The notes beneath the pieces were generated by a model. The model was not told where the DNA came from, searched no databases, and saw nothing but the letters and a program-made list of their open reading frames with translations. This document shows, one piece after another, positions 26,791 to 35,816 of a stretch of DNA of 64,000 bases. How positions within the stretch are numbered: the first letter of the stretch is position 1; each line of letters opens with the position of its first letter. Where the stretch lies: positions 2,334 to 66,333 of the forward strand of contig DATKPK010000189.1 in assembly GCA_035524095.1 (NCBI GenBank), written 5' to 3'. Both the position numbers and the translations under genes were made by a program. The DNA comes from Candidatus Binataceae bacterium (GTDB lineage Bacteria; Desulfobacterota; Binatia; Binatales; Binataceae).

Positions 26791-27510
26791 ATGGCACTTG
26801 CACAATTGGTAAGAAAGTCGGAGACGCATACGTTGAGCACGTTAAAGCATATTAGGATGGCACTGATGGTTTCTAAATCTAAAAGAGCTAGCGGAAACAC
26901 CCTCGATCGGTCTGTGCACGGATCGATTTCTCTCAAACCGATTTTCAGTATCGCGGCCGCCGCATTGATGGCGATCGCGATGCTATCAGCATCGCCGCTG
27001 GTGCGGACGGCCGCGGCGCAGTCGGCGAACGATTATTTCTACACGCACTTTTTCGACACCAGCACCTCGGCGACCTACTCGATGAGAGTGCTCAATTCGC
27101 AGAGAACCACTAATCCGCTGTGCGCGATGGTCTACGTGTTCGACAGCACGCAGACGTTGCAGGAGTGCTGCGGCTGCCCTGTGCGCAGTGATCAGCTCGT
27201 GACTTTCAGCTTGGATAACCTGACTGGCAACTCATTCAGCCCACCGCCGGTCAGCACTGGATCGATCTACGTGGTTGCGACAGCGATCAATCATGGCACT
27301 AGCGCGGCAGCGAACGGAGGATGCGACCCGACGGCAACATTCAACCCAACACCGTCGTTGCGCGTGTGGTTTTCGAACAACAGCCAGGGCGTGAGCGATC
27401 CGTTCCTAGGTACCACGCTCGACACGCCGGAAAAAAATCGCTTGCCAACGGTATGCGCGAGCAGCGTTCGAATCGGGGCTCCGGCCGCGGTCTGCGCGTG
27501 CGGGCAGTAA
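26791..27510 (+). CDS. hypothetical secreted Cys-rich protein
   Basis: Signal-like segment IFSIAAAALMAIAMLSASPLVRTAAAQ. The mature part has 9 Cys, including ECCGCP and a C-terminal CACGQ. Alternative starts at 26857 and 26866 (the latter with AGGA 8 nt upstream). No family recognised. Confidence 0.55.
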   Translation: MALAQLVRKSETHTLSTLKHIRMALMVSKSKRASGNTLDRSVHGSISLKPIFSIAAAALMAIAMLSASPLVRTAAAQSANDYFYTHFFDTSTSATYSMRVLNSQRTTNPLCAMVYVFDSTQTLQECCGCPVRSDQLVTFSLDNLTGNSFSPPPVSTGSIYVVATAINHGTSAAANGGCDPTATFNPTPSLRVWFSNNSQGVSDPFLGTTLDTPEKNRLPTVCASSVRIGAPAAVCACGQ

Positions 27511-27577
27511 TAGGGATCTGGGGTTAGTTCGGGCCCGCAGCGCCAGCAGTGCTGGCAGGAGAACCGCGTCTCAAGGC

Positions 27578-28204
27578 TCAGGCGGTGCAACCGCCAATGA
27601 AAATGCCCACAAGAAGTGGAACCGCGGCCTCGGGAGTTGTGTATTCGCGGCAATAGCGGTTTATCCCACGCAGCATTCCGAGCAGAGCTTCGGCGGCGAT
27701 GCGGGTGTCGAGATCAGAGCGGAGCGATCCACGTTCGATGCCCCCGCGCAGGACCGCGCCAATGAGTTCAGTGAATTCCTGACGCTGGGCGTGGTAGAGC
27801 CGTTCCTGCCGCCGAGGCAACGCCTTGGGATCGTGGAGCAGCGCGAAAAACTGGCGGCGGCTCCAGAAATAGGCAAGTGAATGCTGGACGATTGTGGCGA
27901 CCTGATCGCGCACGGTACCAGCACCGGCCAACGCTGCGCGGATTTCTCTTTGTAACTGCGCAAAACCTTCGATCACGACGGCGGCGTAAAGTTCTTCCTT
28001 GGAACTGAACTGGCGATAGACGCTGCCTTTGCCGACCCCGGCGCGCGCCGCAATCTCGTCGATCAGGACACGATCATATTCCTTTTGTGCGAATAAGACG
28101 GCGGCGCTGCGGAGAATGCGCTCGCGCAAAAATGGCGTCGATGGGCGACCACGATGGTCCTTAGAGAGGCCGACCGATGAAGCGGAATCAATCCTGACGT
28201 TCAC
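27578..28204 (-). CDS. TetR/AcrR family transcriptional regulator
   Basis: N-terminal HTH: ILRSAAVLFAQKEYDRVLIDEIAARAGVGKGSVYRQFSSKEELY. 208 aa, GTG start. Confidence 0.9.
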   Translation of the reverse strand: MNVRIDSASSVGLSKDHRGRPSTPFLRERILRSAAVLFAQKEYDRVLIDEIAARAGVGKGSVYRQFSSKEELYAAVVIEGFAQLQREIRAALAGAGTVRDQVATIVQHSLAYFWSRRQFFALLHDPKALPRRQERLYHAQRQEFTELIGAVLRGGIERGSLRSDLDTRIAAEALLGMLRGINRYCREYTTPEAAVPLLVGIFIGGCTA

Positions 28205-28649
28205 GCCTTATTCCCGATAACCCAGTTGACGGATCTGGCGATAATAAGAAGTCAAATAAGCGTGCCGATACACTTGTTCGGCTGCGATTCAGAATACATA
28301 GCTTTGAAATCCGGCGAAACCAAGTATTGAGTCAACCAACATACGCTAGTCTTATCGAAGCGGAGCCGCGCCGAATTACATGGTTCGGGCGGGGTTCCGC
28401 TTATTGCTTGATGCGGCCTGGTATCAGGCTGATGCAGCCAGCGCCAAACTGGCTGGTGTCCTTTTGCAATCGATCTGCCGTGAGCGTTTTCACTGATGTG
28501 AAGCGGCTGTTGATGGTTGCTCCAATTAACTTGAGACAAGCGGCAATCGAAGACGCGTTTACCCGGCTGTTTCGACGGTAAAGAATTGCCGAGCAACGCA
28601 TGCCGAATAAACGGGAAGGCGGCTTGCGGTCAGTGGGGGGCGAAAGTCC

Positions 28650-30374
28650 ATGTACATACTGGGTATCAACGCGTATCACGCAGGGGCAGCGGCTTGCTTG
28701 ATCAAGGACGGGGATTTAGTGGCTGCGGCGGAAGAGGAACGCTTCAACCGGGTCAAATATTGCGCCGACTTTCCGATCAAGGCCATCAACTACTGCCTGA
28801 GCGAGGCTGGAATCACGCCTTATGATTTGGATCATATCGGCTTCTCAAAAGACCCGGCGGCGAACCTGCGGAAAAAGTTAGTCTTCACGATGCTCCGGCG
28901 CCCGAGCCTGCGCCTGATTCAGGAAAGGCTCGCGCACATGAGCGCAGTGCGCGACGGACGCCGGACTTTTGCCGCCTTAATGGGGGCTGAGCCGGGGGCG
29001 CTGCGGGCTCAGTTCCATCACGTCGAGCACCATCGTGCCCATCTAGCGAGCGCGTTTTTGGTCTCGCCGTTCAAGGAGGCGGCGCTGCTTTCTATCGACG
29101 GCTTTGGTGATTTCGTCAGCACCATGACGGGTGTGGGGCGTGAAAATCGAATCGAGCTGCTCAGCAGCGTCAACTATCCTCATTCGCTCGGAATCTTTTT
29201 CACCGCCGTTACGCAGTGGCTAGGCTTCACGAAGTTTGGCGATGAGGGAAAAATTCAAGGCTTGGCCGGATACGGAAAGCCGATCTTTGCTGATCGGCTG
29301 CGGCGGCTGGTGAGACTGCAGGCGGACGGCAGCTTCGAACTGGACCTTGACTATTTTATTCATTGGGCTGAAGGCGTGGAGATGACATGGGCGGGCGGTA
29401 CGCCGTCGCTCGGGACAATCTATTCGCAGCAATTCGTTGACCATTTCGGGCCGCCGCGAATGCCGGGCACCGAACTGACACCCCTTTACGTCAATATGGC
29501 GGCGTCACTGCAAACGGTGTTGGAAGAGGCCGAGATGCACATCGTACGGCGACTCCATCAGAGTACCGGGCAACAGGCGCTATGCATGGCTGGTGGTGTC
29601 GCACTCAACAGCAGCTTCAATGGGAAGATTCTGCTGCAGAGTGGTTTTACCGACGTATTCATTCAACCAGCGGCCAACGATGCGGGTACGGCGCTGGGAG
29701 TTGCGTATTACATCTACAATCAGATCCTTGATCGGCCGCGCGAGTTTGTGATGCGTGATGCGTACACCGGGCCGTCCTTCGACAACGGTGTGATAGAGCG
29801 TACGCTGAAAAGTTGTGCCGCAACTTATGAAATGGTCGATGATGATGTCCTTGCGCGGCGAGCAGCGGAGTTGGTAGCCGAGGGTAAGGTCGTCGGATGG
29901 TTCCAAGGCCGGATGGAATGGGGGCCGCGGGCTTTGGGGAATCGAAGTATTGTTGCCGATCCACGGCGGCCGGATATGAAGGATGTGCTGAACGCGAGGA
30001 TTAAGTATCGCGAGCCGTTCCGGCCTTTTGCCCCGTCGGTCCTCGCCGAATCAGTGGGAGATTATTTCGAGCAGAGCTATCCCGATCCGTTTATGACCAA
30101 GGTCTACGCAGTGCGCGCGAATCAGCGTGAAGGGCTTGCTGCGGTCACGCACGTGGACGGAACCGGGCGGCTACAAACGGTCGAGCAGAAAGCCAATCCG
30201 CGCTACTGGCAGCTAATCAACGAGTTCAAAGAGCTGACCGGGACCGGAGTGGTGCTCAACACCTCGTTTAACGAAAACGAGCCGATTGTATGCCGTCCAG
30301 AGGAGGCGATCAGTTGTTTTCAGCGGACGCGAATGGATGCGCTAGTGATTGGCAACTATCTACTAAGCAAATGA
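28650..30374 (+). CDS. carbamoyltransferase (NodU/CmcH family)
   Basis: MYILGINAYHAGAAACLIKDGDLVAAAEEERFNRVK N-terminus and C-terminal NTSFNENEPIV block typical of the family. 574 aa. Confidence 0.9.
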   Translation: MYILGINAYHAGAAACLIKDGDLVAAAEEERFNRVKYCADFPIKAINYCLSEAGITPYDLDHIGFSKDPAANLRKKLVFTMLRRPSLRLIQERLAHMSAVRDGRRTFAALMGAEPGALRAQFHHVEHHRAHLASAFLVSPFKEAALLSIDGFGDFVSTMTGVGRENRIELLSSVNYPHSLGIFFTAVTQWLGFTKFGDEGKIQGLAGYGKPIFADRLRRLVRLQADGSFELDLDYFIHWAEGVEMTWAGGTPSLGTIYSQQFVDHFGPPRMPGTELTPLYVNMAASLQTVLEEAEMHIVRRLHQSTGQQALCMAGGVALNSSFNGKILLQSGFTDVFIQPAANDAGTALGVAYYIYNQILDRPREFVMRDAYTGPSFDNGVIERTLKSCAATYEMVDDDVLARRAAELVAEGKVVGWFQGRMEWGPRALGNRSIVADPRRPDMKDVLNARIKYREPFRPFAPSVLAESVGDYFEQSYPDPFMTKVYAVRANQREGLAAVTHVDGTGRLQTVEQKANPRYWQLINEFKELTGTGVVLNTSFNENEPIVCRPEEAISCFQRTRMDALVIGNYLLSK

Positions 30375-30379
30375 CGGCG

Positions 30380-32455
30380 TTAGTCGGGCGGGAGACGGGT
30401 CGAAGCCTCTGCCTCGCATAGGACGCGGGCGGCGTCGAGGGCGTCGCGGTTTCCGACCAACGCGAGCGTATCACCAGGGCGCAGTACTTCGCTTTCCTCG
30501 GGAATGATCACAGCACCGTCGCGTGAAAGCGCTACTACGGCGGCGCCCGGTGGCAGATTCAAATCGGCGAGGCGCTTGCCAATAATGCTGGCGTTTGCGG
30601 GCACGCGAACCGGTGTGAGCGGCGAACGCGATTGAGTGGGCGCTGAAGCAGAATGAGCACCGATCGCGTCAGATGTTCCGCGCAGTGTTAGGTCAGCCGA
30701 TCCGTCCTGGATTTTGGGGAGCCGCATCGCGGTTAGGTTACGTGAGACTTCTTCGAGATGATGTTGAATGGCGCGGGCGCTGCGCCAGATCATCGTGGCA
30801 ATAATCGCGACGGCCGTTAAAAGCATCGCGAGGGTCTCAGCAGGCTGCACGAATGGAACGATCGCGGCGAGAAGCAGAAGGACAGTTGCAAAGATAATCG
30901 CTAGTTCCAGAACGTGAGTGAGAACATAGGTTGCGCTGGCGCCATCAGCAAAGTGATTACTCATTGCGAACTCGGGGGCGACCGCTTGTGAAATACGGCG
31001 CGCACCGCGCCAGATTCCGATGCCGGGGAGAATCGACATCGTGATTGCCAAGGCGCGTACAACAATTGCCGCAGCCGGTTTGCTGAGACCGATGTCGGCT
31101 GCGGCAAGCAGGTCGAGACGAACCCAGGTGAATTCATAAATCGCAGTGATAGCGACTGCGCTTGCGAAGCTGACGGAAATCAAGGCGACTCCAAATCCCA
31201 GTCGGGCGCGCCAAGGCCGCGCTCGCGCGCGTTCAATCCAGGCTGCGTAAAGGGATTGGGTCAGAAGTAGTGGCCGTGGCTGGTGCGCCTCGACGAAACG
31301 GCCGAAGCGATCAGAGGCGCGAATCAAGAAAGGCGTCATGAAGGTGGTGATGGCGGCGACGCCGATGGCGAGCGAATAGAGATAGTCATGGGTGGCGCCA
31401 CGGGTGAGGCCGACGCCTGCGATGATGAAGGAGAACTCACCAATTTGCGCCATCGCGAGGCCAGCGCGCACGGCGGTGCGCGTATCGGTGCCGCTCAAGA
31501 TCGCACCAGCGGCAACGCCAATCAGTTTGCCGATGAGCACTGCGGCGATGAGGGCGAGCAGCGCAGGCCATAGGGTCAAGAGCACTTTCGGGTCAAGCAT
31601 CATGCCGACCGAGACGAAGAAGACCGCGCCGAAAATATCACGCAATGGTGCAACAAGTTCTTCGATCTCGTGGGCATGGCCGGACTCTGCGACCAGCACG
31701 CCGGCCAAGAAGGCGCCCAGTGCAACCGAATAGCCCGCCATCTCATCGATCATGGCGAAGGCGAAGCATATGCCGACGCTGGCGACGACGAGAGTCTCTT
31801 TACGTTTGAATCGCGAAATCAGGCGAATCACGCGTGGGACGATCAGGAAGCCCCCGGCAGTCGTCGCGACGAGAAACAGAGTGAGTTCGCCGACGGTGAT
31901 TTCGATCGTCCTGGCAGACAGTCCGGCACCGGTCGCGATCGCAGTCAGGATGGCAAGCAGGATAACGGCGACGAGGTCTTCAAAAAGCGCAACGCCGAAG
32001 ACCAAGTCGCTGAGCCGCTTATCGACCTGCTCCTCGGCAAAGGCTTTGGCGATAATTGTGGTACTGGAGATGGCGATCATCGCTCCGGCGAAGAGGCTTT
32101 CGATCACGCTCCAGCCGAATGCCTGGCCCACGACAAAGCCGAGCCAAATCAGGAGACCTACCTGGACCACCGTGATAAAGCCGGCGGTGGGCAAGAGCCG
32201 GATGAGCGATCGGAGGCGGAATTCAAGCCCGATCGCGAACATCAGGAGGATGACGCCGAGACCTGAAAGCTGTTCGATGCGATCGTGGCTGACAAAAATC
32301 GGAATCGGCAGATGCGGGCCAACGATCATCCCGGCAACGAGATAGCCGACGACTACCGGCTGACGTAGGGCCTGGAATATCACCGTGGTGACCGCGGCGA
32401 CGCATAGCACTAACGCCAAATCGTCGAGAAAATTATTGCTGACAAGAGCAGTCAT
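30380..32455 (-). CDS. cation:proton antiporter (CPA2-like) with extra membrane segment and C-terminal TrkA-C/RCK_C domain
   Basis: N-terminal Na/H-exchanger-type polytopic core (GYLVAGMIVGP, GLEF). C-terminal IIGKRLADLNLPPGAAVVALSRDGAVIIPEESEVLRPGDTLALVG matches the TrkA-C fold pattern. Confidence 0.85.
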   Translation of the reverse strand: MTALVSNNFLDDLALVLCVAAVTTVIFQALRQPVVVGYLVAGMIVGPHLPIPIFVSHDRIEQLSGLGVILLMFAIGLEFRLRSLIRLLPTAGFITVVQVGLLIWLGFVVGQAFGWSVIESLFAGAMIAISSTTIIAKAFAEEQVDKRLSDLVFGVALFEDLVAVILLAILTAIATGAGLSARTIEITVGELTLFLVATTAGGFLIVPRVIRLISRFKRKETLVVASVGICFAFAMIDEMAGYSVALGAFLAGVLVAESGHAHEIEELVAPLRDIFGAVFFVSVGMMLDPKVLLTLWPALLALIAAVLIGKLIGVAAGAILSGTDTRTAVRAGLAMAQIGEFSFIIAGVGLTRGATHDYLYSLAIGVAAITTFMTPFLIRASDRFGRFVEAHQPRPLLLTQSLYAAWIERARARPWRARLGFGVALISVSFASAVAITAIYEFTWVRLDLLAAADIGLSKPAAAIVVRALAITMSILPGIGIWRGARRISQAVAPEFAMSNHFADGASATYVLTHVLELAIIFATVLLLLAAIVPFVQPAETLAMLLTAVAIIATMIWRSARAIQHHLEEVSRNLTAMRLPKIQDGSADLTLRGTSDAIGAHSASAPTQSRSPLTPVRVPANASIIGKRLADLNLPPGAAVVALSRDGAVIIPEESEVLRPGDTLALVGNRDALDAARVLCEAEASTRLPPD

Positions 32456-32488
32456 GAGAGATGAAACATGAAAATCACGGAGCGGTGT

Positions 32489-33361
32489 TCACAGAATAGC
32501 TCCGCTGAGTGAACGCGGATCGCGAATGGTCCAGCGGCCGGACTCAACCTGGTGGAAGAAATCGTCAAGGAACTGATGGAACAGATCAGGCTCCTCGAGA
32601 TTGACCGCATGCCCGGTGCGCGGCAGCACGACCAGCGCCGAGGTTGGGATCGTGCGTTTGAGCATCAGCGTTGGCTCGAGGCAAGGCTCGTCCTCGTCAC
32701 CGGTCATCAGCAACACCGGCAGCGTCATTTGCTTGAGGGCGTCTCTGAGATCGTAGAGAGAGGGACGGCGCTTCTGGACGCCGCGCAACGTCAGCGCGGA
32801 ACCAAACGCGGAATGTTCGGCGAGCATCGTTTGGAACTCGTTCCATCCGCGCGGATCCTTGTTCTGCAATTGCACGCGAGTACTGCCGAGGGCATAGCGT
32901 TCGGCGGCTTGCGCCATCGGGGTGGTGGTGAAGCGCTCGGCCGCTGCCGCCGATTCGCTTTGGAACTGCTCACGCCGGGCAGGTTCGGCGCCATAGCCGC
33001 AACCGGCCACTACTAGTGAACGCACCTCTGTGGGATAGGCCAGACCGTAATGGAGCGTAGCAAAGGCGCCCATCGAGATACCGACTACGTGTGGGCGATC
33101 GAGCTTCAAGGCAGCGGCGATGGCGCGGATATCGTCGCGGGCGCGAGCTTGTGAATACTTTTCGGGATCGTCTGGAACGTCCGATGGCGGGTAGCCCCGG
33201 GCGTTGAACGCGACGCATTGGTAGCGCCGCGAGAAATAGCGAAGCTGAGCTTCATAGCTGCGCGCGTCCCCGGCAAATTCGTGAACGAAAATTATCGGCT
33301 GGCCGACGCCGGCCTCTTCGTAGTGAAGCTTTACGCCATCGTCGGTAGTGATATGCGGCAT
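32489..33361 (-). CDS. alpha/beta hydrolase
   Basis: HEFAGD oxyanion region, nucleophile elbow VVGISMGAF and C-terminal GHAVNLEEP. ATG preceded by GAGGAA. Confidence 0.85.
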   Translation of the reverse strand: MPHITTDDGVKLHYEEAGVGQPIIFVHEFAGDARSYEAQLRYFSRRYQCVAFNARGYPPSDVPDDPEKYSQARARDDIRAIAAALKLDRPHVVGISMGAFATLHYGLAYPTEVRSLVVAGCGYGAEPARREQFQSESAAAAERFTTTPMAQAAERYALGSTRVQLQNKDPRGWNEFQTMLAEHSAFGSALTLRGVQKRRPSLYDLRDALKQMTLPVLLMTGDEDEPCLEPTLMLKRTIPTSALVVLPRTGHAVNLEEPDLFHQFLDDFFHQVESGRWTIRDPRSLSGAIL

Positions 33362-33452
33362 GTATTTCCTCGATAAGCCGAATCGTCATGGCGGATCCGA
33401 GTTTATAGTGCAGACGAGTCCAAAACGGCCTATTTAGTATCGCGTTTGTAAG

Positions 33453-35816
33453 CTACGGGGAAATGAGGGCGGAGCGGCCTTTGCTCCCCATCCGGACACC
33501 GATCTTTTTCAGAAAGCCGGCGGGCAGTTCGGCTCCGATTAGGGCGAAGATCAATTCGTTGGCGAGTTCGATCGGAGTACTGAGGAGCGGACCAGTGGCG
33601 CGCGCACCTGAAGCCAGTTGAACTGGCGACAGAACCACTTTGTCTGGGCGAATCGCTGTCAGGGCCGTCGCCGGATACATGGTTATACGATGAGCTCGCT
33701 GCAACTCGACGATCTTTTCAACGTTTTCCCGCGAGACGTTGGTGAGCACGGGCGAGCGGAACGAATAAGTCACGCGATTGCCGAGCCGTGGATCGGCGAG
33801 AGCTTGGGCGACTTCGGCGCCAGCGTTGCCGCCACCGACGACGAGAATTTCGCGGCCGTGGTACTCGTCGGCGTCGATCAGCATGTAATGAACGCGGCCG
33901 GGTTCGTCGCCTGGGATGTTCAGATGGCGCGGGTTGCCGCGCACACCAATCGCGAGCACCACGCAGCGGGCCTTGAAGACGTCGCGGCGCGCGGTGACCA
34001 GGCGAAAGAGATCAGGTTCGCGAGCGATGTCGGCCACCTCCTGGCGGTCGTTGATAGTGAGCTTGAGCTGGGCGATGATCCGTTCCCATTCGCGGATAAG
34101 TTCTTCGCGAGAATTGTCACCTTCGAGAAAGAAGGTGCCGTATTCCTCGATATCAATCGGCGTGGCCTGCACGAATTTCGCGCGCGGATAAGCGCGAAGG
34201 GTGCTAGCGGGAGTCATTTTCTCAAGAGTGACGTACTTAAGCCCCATCACTTGAGCGGTAGCGGTGGCGCCGAGGCCTGCGGGACCACAGCCGACAATCG
34301 CGACGTCATAAACATCGGGCTGGACGGGGAGGCGGAGCTGTTTCAGTTCGGCGGCGATCGCTTCAATCACCTGACGTCCCGAGCGCATCGCGAGGTTGAT
34401 TGATGCGGTGCCGGCCGCCTCGCCGATGAGATAAAGACGCCTGACACTGGTCTGGTAGGTGTCGTCAATTAGCGGGACTTCATGGGCAGGCTGTGGCGCG
34501 ACTTCGATCATCACTTCGCCAGCCGCGACTTTAGACGGTACCAGCATCGGAAGGACGAGAAAGCCGAGGCTCGCGGCGAACACGCCGATGGTCCCGAGCC
34601 ACCAGGGTGACATCCGAACAGGCGAAAAATGGAGTCTGCTATTGGAACTGAGTGAGGGCCAGTAGAGGGTCAAATGGAGGTTGCGCGGCTGATTCGGCGG
34701 AAACTTTGGGGCTGGAACGTGGAAGTCGTTGGCGAGGACAACGCCGTGGTGATGGAAGGGATGGCAATCCCCGCAGGCGACAACGCGATCGTCGCCGGGC
34801 GCGGAAGATATGTCAGTGGCGAGAGCATTGCCTACGGCGAGCCATCCGACGAATGCGTGATCGTCAACTAGTGCGGCGGACGTCAGAACGGCAGACTGAA
34901 TCGCGCCGCGGAACGATGACGAATTGAACAATGCTTGAGTCGAACGGTTCGCCGCTGGCGGCGGACTCTGGTGGGCGTGGCAGGTGAAACATTGCGCGAC
35001 GCTCAGGGAAGCGTCGTCGTCGGGTGCGATGCTAGCTGGGATCGTCGCATGACAAGTAATGCATTGCGACGCGAGATGGCCCGGTGAATGGACGAAGACT
35101 GCGTTAATATGAAAAACACGTGCGGAATAGGGCAGAATAACTGGATCAGTTCCGACCGACGCGGGGAGTTTGAGGAACGAATCCTGCGGCGCGATATGGC
35201 ATCCCGCGCCCGTGCATGAACTCCACCGAAAACTCATCGAGTCCTTCTGTGGCGGCGTCACAGCATTGACGATATGGCACGAGGTGCAGGCAAAGCCTCC
35301 TGGCCGTGCCGGATAATGGCTTTCGATCAGTGCCTTATGCAGCTTGTGATTAAACGGCTCGGTGAAGTTATTGGCGGGAGGATCGGGCCGCGTTACGGAT
35401 GCGGCCACATGTTCGTCGACGGCCCGGATCGAGGGATGATGATGGCACCAGGTGCAGGCGAAGGAGGCCGCGGCTGAGATATCGACGATCCGTCCCTGAT
35501 GTTCGCTGTGGCAGCTAAGGCAGGCGAGGTAGTTATTTTTGTCGAGCATCAATTGTCGGCCAGGCGGGACGGACGTCAGCTCGTCACTCATATCCATTGC
35601 GCCGTGCGGATTGACGTCGCTGATATCGCCGTGACAGACGATGCATCGCTGACTGACAGGGCCGTGCCATGCGCGATGGCATGAGCCACATTCACCTTCG
35701 AGCTGCGCATGGGCTGCGATTACGCGGCCAGGCTGATAACTGGTGCGCGGTGCGAGCATCAATGCCGTGAAGAGGATCGCGGCGACGCCGATTATCCAGC
35801 CAAGCCGCCGCATCAT
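33453..35816 (-). CDS. multiheme cytochrome c (8 CxxCH + 1 CxxxxCH) fused via a TM helix to an FAD/NAD(P)-binding oxidoreductase domain
   Basis: N-terminal signal anchor. CxxCH at residues 43, 58, 99, 121, 177, 252, 276 and 348, plus CTGAGCH at 201. Hydrophobic helix at ~404-426. Then DVAIVGCGPAGLGA and ILVVGGGNAGAEVA dinucleotide folds. The start overlaps the upstream stop (ATGA). Confidence 0.8.
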   Translation of the reverse strand: MMRRLGWIIGVAAILFTALMLAPRTSYQPGRVIAAHAQLEGECGSCHRAWHGPVSQRCIVCHGDISDVNPHGAMDMSDELTSVPPGRQLMLDKNNYLACLSCHSEHQGRIVDISAAASFACTWCHHHPSIRAVDEHVAASVTRPDPPANNFTEPFNHKLHKALIESHYPARPGGFACTSCHIVNAVTPPQKDSMSFRWSSCTGAGCHIAPQDSFLKLPASVGTDPVILPYSARVFHINAVFVHSPGHLASQCITCHATIPASIAPDDDASLSVAQCFTCHAHQSPPPAANRSTQALFNSSSFRGAIQSAVLTSAALVDDHAFVGWLAVGNALATDISSAPGDDRVVACGDCHPFHHHGVVLANDFHVPAPKFPPNQPRNLHLTLYWPSLSSNSRLHFSPVRMSPWWLGTIGVFAASLGFLVLPMLVPSKVAAGEVMIEVAPQPAHEVPLIDDTYQTSVRRLYLIGEAAGTASINLAMRSGRQVIEAIAAELKQLRLPVQPDVYDVAIVGCGPAGLGATATAQVMGLKYVTLEKMTPASTLRAYPRAKFVQATPIDIEEYGTFFLEGDNSREELIREWERIIAQLKLTINDRQEVADIAREPDLFRLVTARRDVFKARCVVLAIGVRGNPRHLNIPGDEPGRVHYMLIDADEYHGREILVVGGGNAGAEVAQALADPRLGNRVTYSFRSPVLTNVSRENVEKIVELQRAHRITMYPATALTAIRPDKVVLSPVQLASGARATGPLLSTPIELANELIFALIGAELPAGFLKKIGVRMGSKGRSALISP

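Noticed and set aside
28327-28581. 84-aa plus-strand ORF in the TetR / carbamoyltransferase gap
   Set aside because: It has a non-ATG start without a ribosome-binding site. It is interrupted by a terminator-like hairpin, and its composition is not protein-like.
31283-32345. Several 96-198-aa plus-strand ORFs
   Set aside because: All are antisense to the polytopic antiporter gene. Their compositions are charged and Arg/Asp/Gly-rich, unlike real proteins.
33618-34403. 261-aa plus-strand ORF
   Set aside because: It is antisense to the flavoprotein domain of the multiheme fusion gene, which has clear GxGxxG motifs. It is a shadow ORF.
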